Assembly: GCA_050010515.1 (NCBI GenBank) | Contig: JBEKKX010000001.1 | Span: 32,001-96,000 of the forward strand | Direction of reading: 5' to 3' | Origin: Candidatus Bathyarchaeia archaeon | GTDB taxonomy: Archaea > Thermoproteota > Bathyarchaeia > Bathyarchaeales > Bathycorpusculaceae | DNA: 64,000 nucleotides | In this document: positions 1 to 9,995 of the stretch, one piece after another | Layout: every line of letters starts with the position of its first letter | Numbering within the stretch: position 1 is the stretch's first letter | Made by a program: the position numbers and the translations under genes | Notes under the pieces: generated by a model | Database searches by the model: none | Seen by the model: the letters and a program-made list of their open reading frames with translations, nothing else | What the model was told of the DNA's origin: nothing

Positions 1-2
1 CC

Positions 3-1073
3 AGGATATCCCAATACTTTCGCGTCTCTTGCAAGAAGCCTGGCAAATTCGGTTGATGACAAATTGTATCTCGACATATTCGCGTAAACATAAAAAGATC
101 CTTGGGGTGGCTTGCAGGCAATCCCTATCCTGTTCAGACCAGCTACAAGAAGGTTCCTTCTTGACTCGTATTTCCGCCGCATCTCTTCTACGCACTCCTG
201 TGAACCAGTCAGGGCCGCCAAGGCGGCCTTCTGGGAAATTGAGTTCACGCAGATGGTCAGTTGCGCATGTACTTCTTTAAGTGCCTTCATGAGGCTTTGG
301 CTGGCTACAGCATAGCCTACTCTCCAACCAGTCATTGCATAAGACTTCGAGAAGCCAAATGTTGATATAGTGCGCTCTTTCATGCCTGGAAATGACGCGA
401 TGCTGTGGTGCCTTGCACCGTCATAAACCAATTCTTCATAAACTTCGTCAGTCACGACTAAAAGGCCATGCCTGTTAGCTATTTCAGCTATCGCGCTGAG
501 GTCCTCCTTAGTTAAGAGAGAACCAGTGGGGCAGTTTGGATCTATCAAGACTATTGCCTTTGTTTTGGAGGTGACTTTCTTTTCGATGTCATCTGGATCG
601 AGACGGAAGTCCCTATTTTCTCTGAGTTCGATGTAAATTGGTGTCCCATCACCGAAAATCACAGCCAGAGGATGAGAATAGTAATAGGGATCGGCTACAA
701 TTACTTCATCACCAGGTTCCACAATCGACAACATCGCCACGTTTATTGCTTCTTGCACACCTGCTGTGACCATTATCTCCGTTGATGGATCAACGTCGAA
801 ACCATTCTTACTAGAAACCTTTTCAGCTATCGCGTTGCGCAGTTCATTTAGACCCTCTGGTGGTAAAACGTAATGGGTGAAGCCTTCGTCTATTGCCTTT
901 TTAGCTGCTTCTCGGATATGTTTCGGAGTGGGAAAATCTGGCTCACCATATCCCAAATTAATTACGTCAGTTAAGCCCTCTATGCATTTCCTCACTTCAG
1001 CAATAACTCCAAATTTAGGGGACTTGATGGCTTCTGCCCTTTTCGAGAGTGAAACTATTCTATCAACCTTCAT
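3..1073 (-). CDS. Class I/II PLP aminotransferase (aspartate aminotransferase-like), 3' end outside window
   Basis: Not in the ORF track because it runs off the edge. Manual translation from ATG 1073: MKVDRIVSLSKRAEAIK...INLGYGEPDFPTPKHIREAAKKAIDEGFTHY; later PNCPTG, VTDEVYE, GFSKSYAMTGWRVGY. Confidence 0.9.
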   Translation of the reverse strand, partial: MKVDRIVSLSKRAEAIKSPKFGVIAEVRKCIEGLTDVINLGYGEPDFPTPKHIREAAKKAIDEGFTHYVLPPEGLNELRNAIAEKVSSKNGFDVDPSTEIMVTAGVQEAINVAMLSIVEPGDEVIVADPYYYSHPLAVIFGDGTPIYIELRENRDFRLDPDDIEKKVTSKTKAIVLIDPNCPTGSLLTKEDLSAIAEIANRHGLLVVTDEVYEELVYDGARHHSIASFPGMKERTISTFGFSKSYAMTGWRVGYAVASQSLMKALKEVHAQLTICVNSISQKAALAALTGSQECVEEMRRKYESRRNLLVAGLNRIGIACKPPQGSFYVYANMSRYNLSSTEFARLLARDAKVLGYP

Positions 1074-1131
1074 AGCGGATCTCTTCCAAGAGTAAACATT
1101 TCATTATCTTAGAGACGTATAAATTGCGTCC

Positions 1132-2280
1132 TTATAATTGTTTTAGAGATGTCAGAAACGCATCGAATCTTCTGAGTCCCTGCTCCAGGGATTCTGTGTC
1201 AATTGCAACCCCCAAGCGTATGTGCCCTTCTCCACCCGGAAAAGCTCCTCCAGGAGTAAATATGATTTTGTAGTCCAATGCACGTTTACAGAATTCTAAT
1301 GATTTCATGTCGTAGTGATATTTTGGAAAAGTGTTGTAGGACCCTCCGGGCGGTATCCAACTGATACATCCATTATGTTTCTTTATCCATTGATCGACTA
1401 GCTTTATGTTGGTTCTTCCAATGCGTTTTCCCGCTTCGACTAGTTCCTTGAACTTCTTCGGCTGAAGCGCGATTGTGGCTAATTTTTCACCCAAGAGATT
1501 CGTTGTTAAGGTACTGTAGACCCTGAAGATGTTGCATTTTTCAACAAATGCCTTGTCCCTGCATGCTAACCAGCCGATCCGCATTCCTTCCACTCCAAGT
1601 GTCTTGGACAGCCCAGCGGCGGTTATACCCTTGTCGCAGTAGTTGACTGCTGATGGGGAGACAACATTATCCCATTCAAGGTTTCTGTAGATTTCGTCTT
1701 GCAGAACCCAAGCGCCACAGTCCTCGGCAATTTCGCAAATCGCACGCATTTCGCTCTGGTCAAGCACGGAACCCGTGGGGTTGTTCGGATGACAAAGCCA
1801 AATCAACTTTGTCTTTGGCGTAACCAGATTCTTAAGTTCTTCCACATTAGGCTTCCACAGATTCTCTTCCTTGAGATATAGCATTTTGATCTGCGCACGG
1901 AGAATGTGTTTACACACAGCGTAACCTTGCATCCATTGGGGCATTTCAAGTATAACCTCATCTCCAGCGTCAACGGCTGCAAGCGCAGCAAGCATGTTTG
2001 CCTCGTTTGTCCCTGTAGTTACTATCACATTGTCAGTAGTCAAGTCCTCATAACTCTGAGATTCAATTATCCTTTCCCTAAGCTCCTTGGGTCCATAGTA
2101 GTCACGGGACCATGACATCACTGTTTCAGGGCTGATTCCTTCGGGGGCTATGTCTTTTATTGGGATTTCGCGGCAGGATTCCGTCATGCTTATCATTTCG
2201 CTTCTGTTAGGACGCGTCAGAAAGTATATCCACCAGTTGTGGAAATCATCAAGTGAAATGTCCAAATTCCATCCACTCAC
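1132..2280 (-). CDS. Class I/II PLP aminotransferase-like enzyme
   Basis: HPNNPTG, DEIYR, LSKTLGVEGMRIGW (PLP lysine), HIRLG. Confidence 0.9.
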   Translation of the reverse strand: MSGWNLDISLDDFHNWWIYFLTRPNRSEMISMTESCREIPIKDIAPEGISPETVMSWSRDYYGPKELRERIIESQSYEDLTTDNVIVTTGTNEANMLAALAAVDAGDEVILEMPQWMQGYAVCKHILRAQIKMLYLKEENLWKPNVEELKNLVTPKTKLIWLCHPNNPTGSVLDQSEMRAICEIAEDCGAWVLQDEIYRNLEWDNVVSPSAVNYCDKGITAAGLSKTLGVEGMRIGWLACRDKAFVEKCNIFRVYSTLTTNLLGEKLATIALQPKKFKELVEAGKRIGRTNIKLVDQWIKKHNGCISWIPPGGSYNTFPKYHYDMKSLEFCKRALDYKIIFTPGGAFPGGEGHIRLGVAIDTESLEQGLRRFDAFLTSLKQL

Positions 2281-2338
2281 GCTTTTCTTAAGTGTTATCT
2301 AATAGTTGGATTTTAGTTTTTTGTGGATATTCGTGTAA

Positions 2339-3367
2339 CTACTGTCTGAAATATGGAATAACTTCCTCCCCAAGTATCTTTATGCCTTCGGCCGTATTCC
2401 TTTGTCTTAACCATACCATAATGTGCCTAGGTTCTTTGTTGAAGCTTCTATGTAGCTTCTCTATGTGTTTTATCCAGTCTTCTGGTGTTCCAGCCATGCC
2501 CATGCTCATTATTTTCTTGCTTACCAAGTTTCGCTCCTCTTCAGCGCTGGGCTGTTCCGATGAGCTTTCAAAGGGCACAAGATCGGAAGGAACTAACCCA
2601 AATGTAGCCAATTTTTCTGTGTATGGCTTCCAGAAATTTGTGCCGAATATTTCTTCAACATTTTTCCAGCATTCCTTTTCTTCTTTGTCGATAAACCCAA
2701 AATGATGCGCAATAACATCGATGGTTGAGGGGTCCCTGCCAGCGATTTTCGCGCCATCATATACGTTTCTGAGGACATTTCCGAAATTTTCAGGCGGGTA
2801 AGTCAAAGCTATTCCACCGTCACCCAATTGGCCAATGAGCTGAAGCATTTTGGGTTTATTGGCCGCTATGTAAATCGGTATGTTTTCTCTAACAGGCTTA
2901 AACAGCAATTGTGCATCGTCGCTCCAGCCTTTAAAAATCTCCCCCTGGAAAGGTGTTCTTTTGCCTGCGAGGAGAGAACGTATGATTTGCACAGCCTCCT
3001 TGGTTGCCGTAACTGGCTTTTTTCTCTCAAACCCAATTTTGGACAATGCTCTTATTCCACAGCTTATTCCAAGCAGAAGTCGTCCATGAGAATACTCATC
3101 TAGGGTTGCAGCGGACATTGCTATTTCCGCAGGGCTCACTGAAAAAGGGTTGACGACGGAGGTCCCTAATCTTATCTCTTTGGTCTGTGCGGCAATAGCC
3201 GTCAAAATTACCCAAGCGTCTCTTTTGAATATGTCTTTACTCACAAAACATGCGTAGAAGCCGCACTTTTCAGCTAGTTTTGCATAGTTGACTATATTAT
3301 CCACTGGTTCGCCACTGGACAGCATTATGCTGAAGCGCAAATGATTTCCTCCATATTTGGCGTGCAC
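2339..3367 (-). CDS. Luciferase-like (LLM) flavin/F420-dependent oxidoreductase, Mer-like
   Basis: AKLAEKCGF, IRLGTSVVNPF, ATLDEYSHGRLLLG, IPIYIAA..PKMLQLIGQLGDG. Confidence 0.85.
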   Translation of the reverse strand: MHAKYGGNHLRFSIMLSSGEPVDNIVNYAKLAEKCGFYACFVSKDIFKRDAWVILTAIAAQTKEIRLGTSVVNPFSVSPAEIAMSAATLDEYSHGRLLLGISCGIRALSKIGFERKKPVTATKEAVQIIRSLLAGKRTPFQGEIFKGWSDDAQLLFKPVRENIPIYIAANKPKMLQLIGQLGDGGIALTYPPENFGNVLRNVYDGAKIAGRDPSTIDVIAHHFGFIDKEEKECWKNVEEIFGTNFWKPYTEKLATFGLVPSDLVPFESSSEQPSAEEERNLVSKKIMSMGMAGTPEDWIKHIEKLHRSFNKEPRHIMVWLRQRNTAEGIKILGEEVIPYFRQ

Positions 3368-3379
3368 GAGGTTAAAACA

Positions 3380-4420
3380 CTAATCCTCAAGAAATTGATC
3401 AATCCATTCTTTAACATAATGATTCATCCAGTTTTCAAATAAGCGATGAATGATTACCAGTTTTTCCCCCTCATATATCGCCTTTTTAGCAGAAATAGCG
3501 TGGACTATGCCGTCTACTGGTGCGCAGATTTCCTCCAGCGTTTTTCCAGCCGAGTTTTCAATTCTGCCTATGAGCTCTCCAGTTGAAACAACACCTCCGA
3601 TTTGTACCTTGGAATAGAACCGACCTTGATTCCTAGAATTGACCACGTAAGCTGGCTGAAGCTCCAACTGTGGTTTGCTGAGTCGGCGCTTTGGGGTGCC
3701 CTCGAGCATCCTCAAGTATTTCATAACGTTCTCTATTCCGGTCAAGTGCGCCGAAATATCTTTTTCGTCTCTTCTGTCCATGCCTATTCCGACGCTGGCA
3801 ACTATTGATGCTACACCATGCTTTGAAGCTTCTCTGATCAGTTGTCCATCGTCGACAAAATCTGATGCGGTGGTCAACAAAATGACTTCCGTTCCATAAG
3901 CATTAGCCAAGTATGCTTTTGCGTTGTCTAACTGGTTGCCAGTTTTGCAGTAGACAGTGTAATCGATTAGCATTTCATCTTTATTTCCGCTCCGAAGATC
4001 CACATGAAAACCTGATCTTGCGATTATCTCGTTTAGCAAGGTATAGGCGATAACCTGACTTACGGTTCCGTTAGGGTTACCTGGAAAACAATCGGATACA
4101 CTCAAACCATCAATTGGAGACTTGTGTGGGGACTGAAAATCGTGGCTTGGCACATCTACATATGGAACCGTTAAGAGTACACCGCTAAGCTTCTTCGGAT
4201 CCATACTTTCGTAAGTTCTAACAATTGCCTCTGCTGCGGAGTACATCAGCCCTCCATGGGTGCCTCCTGTTAAGCACAAGGTAGGCCCAGCCCTATAACC
4301 GTTCACTATTCCAAGAGGCATATCCGCAACATAGTTCGGGCTTTCGTAGACTCTTAGGTAGCCACTGGTTTTTTCGCCCGCCTTAGCTTCGATATTTCGA
4401 ATTTTTGTAGCTCCGTACAT
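3380..4420 (-). CDS. Succinylglutamate desuccinylase/aspartoacylase (M14) family protein with degenerate active site
   Basis: GPTLCLTGGTHG, CFPGNPNGT and a C-terminal biotinyl-like sandwich (APVDGIV). Zinc and catalytic residues are altered. Confidence 0.75.
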   Translation of the reverse strand: MYGATKIRNIEAKAGEKTSGYLRVYESPNYVADMPLGIVNGYRAGPTLCLTGGTHGGLMYSAAEAIVRTYESMDPKKLSGVLLTVPYVDVPSHDFQSPHKSPIDGLSVSDCFPGNPNGTVSQVIAYTLLNEIIARSGFHVDLRSGNKDEMLIDYTVYCKTGNQLDNAKAYLANAYGTEVILLTTASDFVDDGQLIREASKHGVASIVASVGIGMDRRDEKDISAHLTGIENVMKYLRMLEGTPKRRLSKPQLELQPAYVVNSRNQGRFYSKVQIGGVVSTGELIGRIENSAGKTLEEICAPVDGIVHAISAKKAIYEGEKLVIIHRLFENWMNHYVKEWIDQFLED

Positions 4421-4439
4421 TTTCTGAATCTTCTCAGTG

Positions 4440-5390
4440 CTATCCGGATAGGAACAAGTAACTTTTGATTTTGTTTTTGTCCAAAACTACTAGGACGCTT
4501 CGCAGTACTCCTTCTGAGTATTCGCTCCCAGGGTTCAAGCAAGGCGTGTTACCGATCTTGAAAAATCCTTTTGATTCATGAATATGACCATGTAGACCCA
4601 AAAGGGGCTGATATTTCTCTATAGCTTGCCGAACTGCTTTGCTTCCCGCCGGAATGTAAGATGGTTGACCATCCCTGATCACTGGTTTCAGATTTGCATC
4701 CAATTCTGGCGCAATGTCAATTATGCTATTGTAGGGCGGACAGTGAAGATTAAATATGCAGTTTTTAATGTCCTTGACTTGCGAGACCATAATTTCTATC
4801 CTGCTGTGCAGTTCCTCTTCGGAAATATCTCTTGGGCAATTAAACGGGGTAGAATTTGAATACCCGCAACTTATCATTTCGTGATGGTCATCGATCATGA
4901 CAACTTTCCCTTCAGGGCAAATCACCCTCTCAGAATCCCCAAAAGCATTGTCGATGGTCAAACTATCATCATTTCCTGGTGACATGAAGCATTTAACGTC
5001 AGTGCCTCTCAACCGACTTTCGGCAAATTGCACCCATTTCTTCACCCTTTGAACCATTAACTCTGAGAACAACTTGGTAACTTTTTCTGGATCACTGTCC
5101 AATTCCTTTTTTTCCTCTATAGTTGTTCTGTAGGGGTAAAAACCCGTGTCTTCAATCTTCTTCTCAAGGGATCTTAGCCCATCCTTGTCTGTTAACACGT
5201 TTGAGCCTAAAAAAGTCGTCTTCACAGTTCCATCGGGCTGTTCGACCAAAGGAATGATGATCTTCCCAGTTATGTCTCCCCCGAGGATAATTACGTTAGC
5301 CTTGTAGAAGGCGGCAGAGTTCACGAATTTGACAAAGGTCTTTTCAGACCCATGCACGTCTGAGGCAAAAACAATCCGTGTATCTGGCAT
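4440..5390 (-). CDS. Calcineurin-like metallophosphoesterase
   Basis: SDVHGS, GGDITGK, PGNDD, HCPP, LHGHIHES, NPGSEY. Confidence 0.9.
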   Translation of the reverse strand: MPDTRIVFASDVHGSEKTFVKFVNSAAFYKANVIILGGDITGKIIIPLVEQPDGTVKTTFLGSNVLTDKDGLRSLEKKIEDTGFYPYRTTIEEKKELDSDPEKVTKLFSELMVQRVKKWVQFAESRLRGTDVKCFMSPGNDDSLTIDNAFGDSERVICPEGKVVMIDDHHEMISCGYSNSTPFNCPRDISEEELHSRIEIMVSQVKDIKNCIFNLHCPPYNSIIDIAPELDANLKPVIRDGQPSYIPAGSKAVRQAIEKYQPLLGLHGHIHESKGFFKIGNTPCLNPGSEYSEGVLRSVLVVLDKNKIKSYLFLSG

Positions 5391-5419
5391 TCTAGGGGCA
5401 TCCCGTCTCTCATCTGTTA

Positions 5420-6082
5420 CTATTCAACTAGGTCAACGGCAATTGCTCTCGCTTCTGCTCCACCACAGCCCGCCAGCTTTATGGGTAATACTATGAAGAA
5501 CCACCTGTCTTTGTTCAATAACGCGTCCAAATTGACTAATGTCTCTACGTTCCAGATGTTTGCCTTCATAAGAGTTTCATGCGCACTTCTTGTTGATGGT
5601 TCCACATAGGGGTCGATTCCCAAGGCGTCAATTCCGATGCCCTTCACACCTTTTTCCACAAACCACTTGGCAGCGCCTTCGGTCAGGCCTGGGAACTCAT
5701 ACATGTATTCCCTTGTGAAACCCATCTTGTTGCACCATCCTGTATAGATAAAAACGATGTCGCCTTTCTTAACTTTGGAGCCATGCTTTTCCAAGTCTTC
5801 CGGCACGATAAGTTCCTTAGGCTTTTTGTAAGAAAGATTAACAACGGTTCCATCTCCTAAGAAGCTCGCCACAGGTATTCGATCGATTGGCACACCATTT
5901 TCAAGCATATGAAGTGGCGCGTCCATGTGCGTCCCTGTGTGTGTGTGAAAAGTCACAACCTCAACCGTTCCGGTAGGAGGACCTATGTATATCTTATGTA
6001 TTTGTGGTGCAGGCGAACCGGGCCAGACTACGCCATCATGCTCAATTGGTGCAGAAAGATCTATTACTTTTAAGATTCTCAT
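5420..6082 (-). CDS. Cyclase family metal hydrolase (kynurenine formamidase KynB-like)
   Basis: DLSAPI, HTHTGTHMDAP, FPGL, GIGID, VETLVNL, LPIKL. Confidence 0.9.
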   Translation of the reverse strand: MRILKVIDLSAPIEHDGVVWPGSPAPQIHKIYIGPPTGTVEVVTFHTHTGTHMDAPLHMLENGVPIDRIPVASFLGDGTVVNLSYKKPKELIVPEDLEKHGSKVKKGDIVFIYTGWCNKMGFTREYMYEFPGLTEGAAKWFVEKGVKGIGIDALGIDPYVEPSTRSAHETLMKANIWNVETLVNLDALLNKDRWFFIVLPIKLAGCGGAEARAIAVDLVE

Positions 6083-6174
6083 CTTGACCTCAATCCTTCT
6101 GAAAATAGTTCATATATGCGATTAAAAAGGTTATGGGAGGAACAAAAAAAAGGGAGAATTTCACTTGCGCGCGC

Positions 6175-7779
6175 TTACTCAGGCGGAATTTCCTTGAAGG
6201 TTAGATCCAGCGGTACACCCTTGGATTTGTGGTAAACATATGATATGCTATAGATTAGTATCGCAGCGACAGCTATGGCCACTATCATTACATAGGACTC
6301 TACAGGAACCGTACCCACGAAAGATGGGGTCAAACTTGCTATTGCTATGAACATAGAGTAGGCAAAGCCGATTATTCCCAATATTGAAATCACAGGGATC
6401 CCCAGTACTTTCCTTTTCACTGCAGCAGGAGAGCGTTCAAACAATTCCTTCAGTCTAAAGGGAAATAGCGCGCCTGCCAGACAGCCAATACCGAACGCTA
6501 TGTAATTCGCGAAGGCTCCCCATATGACGAATTTGTAGAAGCTTGTGTAGAGAAACAGGTATGCACCGATGATGGCCCATATTGTCGAGATCAGTATTGC
6601 ATAGTAAGGCGCATGGAATCTTTTATCGACGCTTGCGACTTTTGTTGGTAAAACCCTGTCAAAGGCATAGGCAAAGAAGTTACGGGCACATATGAAGACA
6701 CCTGCAGGAATTGCAGTGAAGCATGTTCCTATTACTGCAAGGCTGGCTAAGACGACGATTATCACGTTTGGACTTGAAAACACAATCATGTAGTTTAACG
6801 CAGGTTCAGGAAATGCAAGCGGGTATGCTTTGTTTCCTGTCTCAGCTAGAAATGATAGCGAGGAGTAGAATGGTTGTCCCATTGCATTGTATGCGCCAGC
6901 ATATATAAGATACATAAGCAAGCCGAACAGTAACGCCGCGCCAACCATTCCATAGAGCTGGCTCTTTCTAACCTGCTTGACCTCTCCGCTAATGCTTGCA
7001 GAATAAGTAAAACCAGCATAGTTAAGCGCCGTGTAAATTGATCCTAGTAGTGTAGCACCCAGCAATATACCTGTTCCATAGCCCGCAGTATGAGCAACAC
7101 TTATTATGCTTTGATAGGAAGCTCCAGTTAACCTTTCGAAATTGGATACAAACACATGTTGCGGCGTTACAAAGGACACCACGATGTAAGTGAGCACGCC
7201 TAACATTGATATTAAGAAGCCGGAAATTTGAACCCTAAAAGCAGCTTTTGTGCCAAAGAACATCGGGACTACAAGTAAGATGATCACGGCGACTGCAATG
7301 ATGAAGCTCCATGGAGTGGATGAAACGGTCAAACCTAGCTTAGTTAAACCAGAGTTGTTGCTCGCCAGACCCGCAGCCATCAACATAACAGCGATTCCAT
7401 AATATGATGCCATACCAGCAACCATGCCCAAGAACGTGCTTATGACGGCAGTCATGTAAAAGTTGCCTATGAAGCCCAGAATGGGATGAATAATCCGGCT
7501 CGTCCAAATGTAGTCACCACCACTTCTAGGCATAGCCTGCGAAAGAAGCAGATAGGTAAAGGCAATAGCGATGCTTGGAAGGATGGCTACGGCAACAGTG
7601 GCTGGAAGATCTACTCCCGGAAACAGATTTTCAGCCCACATACTATAAAGGAACACGTAGCCTATTCCCATAAGTACCATGTTCACTGTCAACACGTCAA
7701 ATGCTGTAACTTGTCGCACTAGTCCACTAGCAGCTCTAGCAAAGTATTTTGTTTCTTCTTTCTTTTCTTCCTTTTCCAT
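6175..7779 (-). CDS. APC-superfamily amino acid permease
   Basis: FARAASGLVR start, AMPRSGGDYIW, ARNFFAYAFDR, many TM helices, C-terminal FKEIPPE. Confidence 0.9.
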   Translation of the reverse strand: MEKEEKKEETKYFARAASGLVRQVTAFDVLTVNMVLMGIGYVFLYSMWAENLFPGVDLPATVAVAILPSIAIAFTYLLLSQAMPRSGGDYIWTSRIIHPILGFIGNFYMTAVISTFLGMVAGMASYYGIAVMLMAAGLASNNSGLTKLGLTVSSTPWSFIIAVAVIILLVVPMFFGTKAAFRVQISGFLISMLGVLTYIVVSFVTPQHVFVSNFERLTGASYQSIISVAHTAGYGTGILLGATLLGSIYTALNYAGFTYSASISGEVKQVRKSQLYGMVGAALLFGLLMYLIYAGAYNAMGQPFYSSLSFLAETGNKAYPLAFPEPALNYMIVFSSPNVIIVVLASLAVIGTCFTAIPAGVFICARNFFAYAFDRVLPTKVASVDKRFHAPYYAILISTIWAIIGAYLFLYTSFYKFVIWGAFANYIAFGIGCLAGALFPFRLKELFERSPAAVKRKVLGIPVISILGIIGFAYSMFIAIASLTPSFVGTVPVESYVMIVAIAVAAILIYSISYVYHKSKGVPLDLTFKEIPPE

Positions 7780-7862
7780 TCTTTTTCTTTCTCCAATTCA
7801 TGATTCTGCGGTATTCTTTTTAAGCTTTTAGTAAGCACTGCTGAGCTAAAGAGACAATGCTT

Positions 7863-7880
7863 ATACGGTTGACACCGTAT
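7863..7880. promoter_or_regulatory. Inverted repeat ATACGGT-tgac-ACCGTAT in the divergent permease/NTase promoter region
   Basis: Perfect 7-bp arms with a 4-bp spacer, seen directly. Confidence 0.45.
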
Positions 7881-7912
7881 CCGTAAAGGTCTACGATGAG
7901 AGAGGGAGTCTA

Positions 7913-8680
7913 GTGCCGGATGAAAAAAGCCTTGAACTGATGAAAGAAGCATTGTCCATAGTTGAGGAAGCAAAAAAGAATAAGGTAACACTCAGGATGT
8001 TGGGAGCCATAGCCTTTAGAACACACTGCCATAAACATGAATTCCTTTACGATGCGTTGGCTAGAGAAATCTCAGATATTGACTTTGTTGGTCATGCAGA
8101 AGACATCGAAAAAATCGAAAAAATCCTCAAGGATTTTAACTACGAATCGCCCAAAGGAATGCTTGGGGGTCTTACACACCCGGATAGACTTATATTCTAT
8201 AACCCCTCGAGAAAAATTACTGTTGACGTGTTTTTGGATCAACTTTCCATGTGCCACATCATTGATTTCAAGAGCCGCTTGGAAGTTGATTACCCAACAA
8301 TTCCGTTGGCTGAACTTCTGCTAGAAAAGATGCAGATTGTAAAAATTAACGAGAAAGACTTGAAGGATACGACGATTCTTTTTTTGGAGCACGATTCAGG
8401 CAGTGGAGACAATGAAGTTATTAACGAAAAGCTGATTTCTTCATTACTATCCGATGACTGGGGATTCTATTATACAGTAACAACGAACCTGAAGAAGGTT
8501 ATCAATTATCTCTCGACAACCAAAATCATTACGGAGCCTCAAAAGGAGCTTATAGAGTATCGCATTGGAAGACTAGTTCAAGCCATAGAAAGCCATCCTA
8601 AATCATTCAAGTGGAAAATGCGTGCTAGACTTGGAAACAAGAAGAAATGGTATGCAGACGTAGAAGAAGTTGAACAGTGA
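7913..8680 (+). CDS. Uncharacterised Pol-beta-fold nucleotidyltransferase (paralog A)
   Basis: LRMLGAIAFRTHC...REISDIDF...VDVFLD; LLLEKMQIVKINEKDLKD. Confidence 0.7.
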   Translation: MPDEKSLELMKEALSIVEEAKKNKVTLRMLGAIAFRTHCHKHEFLYDALAREISDIDFVGHAEDIEKIEKILKDFNYESPKGMLGGLTHPDRLIFYNPSRKITVDVFLDQLSMCHIIDFKSRLEVDYPTIPLAELLLEKMQIVKINEKDLKDTTILFLEHDSGSGDNEVINEKLISSLLSDDWGFYYTVTTNLKKVINYLSTTKIITEPQKELIEYRIGRLVQAIESHPKSFKWKMRARLGNKKKWYADVEEVEQ

Positions 8681-8688
8681 GTGACAGC

Positions 8689-9807
8689 CTAACGCAGTGT
8701 TCGACTCAACTTGTCTATTTGTTCAAGCCCCTTCTTCACCATTTCCTCGTCTATTTGTCCAACTCCTAACCGTATGTGGTCATCAAAGTCGTAGGCTATT
8801 CCAGGCATTGTCAATGTTCTGTAGGGTTCTGCAAGCAATTTCTTGCAAAACGCTTCTGAGCCTATTTTGAGGTTAAACTTTGGAAAAGATAGAAATCCGG
8901 CTTTCGGCTTTACCCAGCTGAAGAATTCACTTTTTGAAATCCATTCTTCAACAACCTTCCAATTTCTGCTTCCCTGTTCTTTCGCTTCGTCAATCAGCCT
9001 GTAGTATTTTTCAGGTTTAAGCGCCGCCAAAGCAATGTATTCTCCGAGGACGTTCATTATTTCGCTCGTGCCTTCTCGAAGTATCATACATTTATCGATT
9101 AGCTTCTTATCCCTCGTGGCCATCCAGCCTATCCTCAACCCTTGCATTCCAAGGGCTTTGGAAACGCTTGAAGTGCTTATGGCCTTATCATAATAATCGG
9201 CTGCTGCCGGAGACAGGCAACCATACTCTGTGCCTCTGTAGACTTCGTCCGAGAGCAAGTAAGCTCCGTTGTCCTTTGCGATTTCGCAGAGCCTCTTCAT
9301 ATCTTTCTCATCGAAAACAGCGCCAGTTGGGTTGTTGGGAGAGGCCACAAAGATCAACTTTGTTTTACGAGTAACCAGCTCGTTCAGTTCATCAAAGTTG
9401 TAGCCCCATTCTAAATCTTCCCTGCGCATCATCACCTTAATCTTGGCACCTAAGGCCTCACATAACTTGAAAGGTTGAGGCCAACCCGGCTTCTCCAGAA
9501 CGACTTCGTCTCCCGGATTCACAGTCTGCATGATCACGAGAAAGTTGGCTTCGTTCGCGCCAGCTGTGATGAAAACGTTTTCCTCTGCATAATCTTTGTA
9601 TTTCATCATGCTAATGACGCGCCTCCTTAATTCAGGCATTCCGTAGTAAGATTTCGCAGACCAGTCCAGCACTAAGTTCGGGTCAAGATCATCAAGGAAC
9701 TCCTTTAACTTCGGAGAAGATCTCAGCGAGGTTATTAGTGGATACTTGCAACCAAGTTCGTGGGAGTAAAGGAACCACTCGAATAGTTTATTGATCTTAA
9801 TTTCCAA
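8689..9807 (-). CDS. Class I/II PLP aminotransferase-like enzyme, paralog of 1132..2280
   Basis: SPNNPTG, SDEVYR, VSKALGMQGLRIGW, HIRLG. Confidence 0.9.
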   Translation of the reverse strand: MEIKINKLFEWFLYSHELGCKYPLITSLRSSPKLKEFLDDLDPNLVLDWSAKSYYGMPELRRRVISMMKYKDYAEENVFITAGANEANFLVIMQTVNPGDEVVLEKPGWPQPFKLCEALGAKIKVMMRREDLEWGYNFDELNELVTRKTKLIFVASPNNPTGAVFDEKDMKRLCEIAKDNGAYLLSDEVYRGTEYGCLSPAAADYYDKAISTSSVSKALGMQGLRIGWMATRDKKLIDKCMILREGTSEIMNVLGEYIALAALKPEKYYRLIDEAKEQGSRNWKVVEEWISKSEFFSWVKPKAGFLSFPKFNLKIGSEAFCKKLLAEPYRTLTMPGIAYDFDDHIRLGVGQIDEEMVKKGLEQIDKLSRTLR

Positions 9808-9995
9808 TTCTCCAGCCTCGCCTAAACTATTTTCCTATGATTCATATAAGACTTGTCTATGCATGCGCATGCTCACTTATGCCTCGCTATTGAAATGAGT
9901 ACCTCAATTACAAGGTTTCTACTACAGTTAATACATCAAGATTTACAAAAGGGATACTTGAGTTGGTGATTCACGGGGCCGTTTTTCTGGCTTTC

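Noticed and set aside
7913-8680. MNT-HEPN/AbiE toxin-antitoxin or CBASS cyclase interpretation of the NTases
   Set aside because: No HEPN, AbiEi or effector genes are adjacent, and the context is metabolic.
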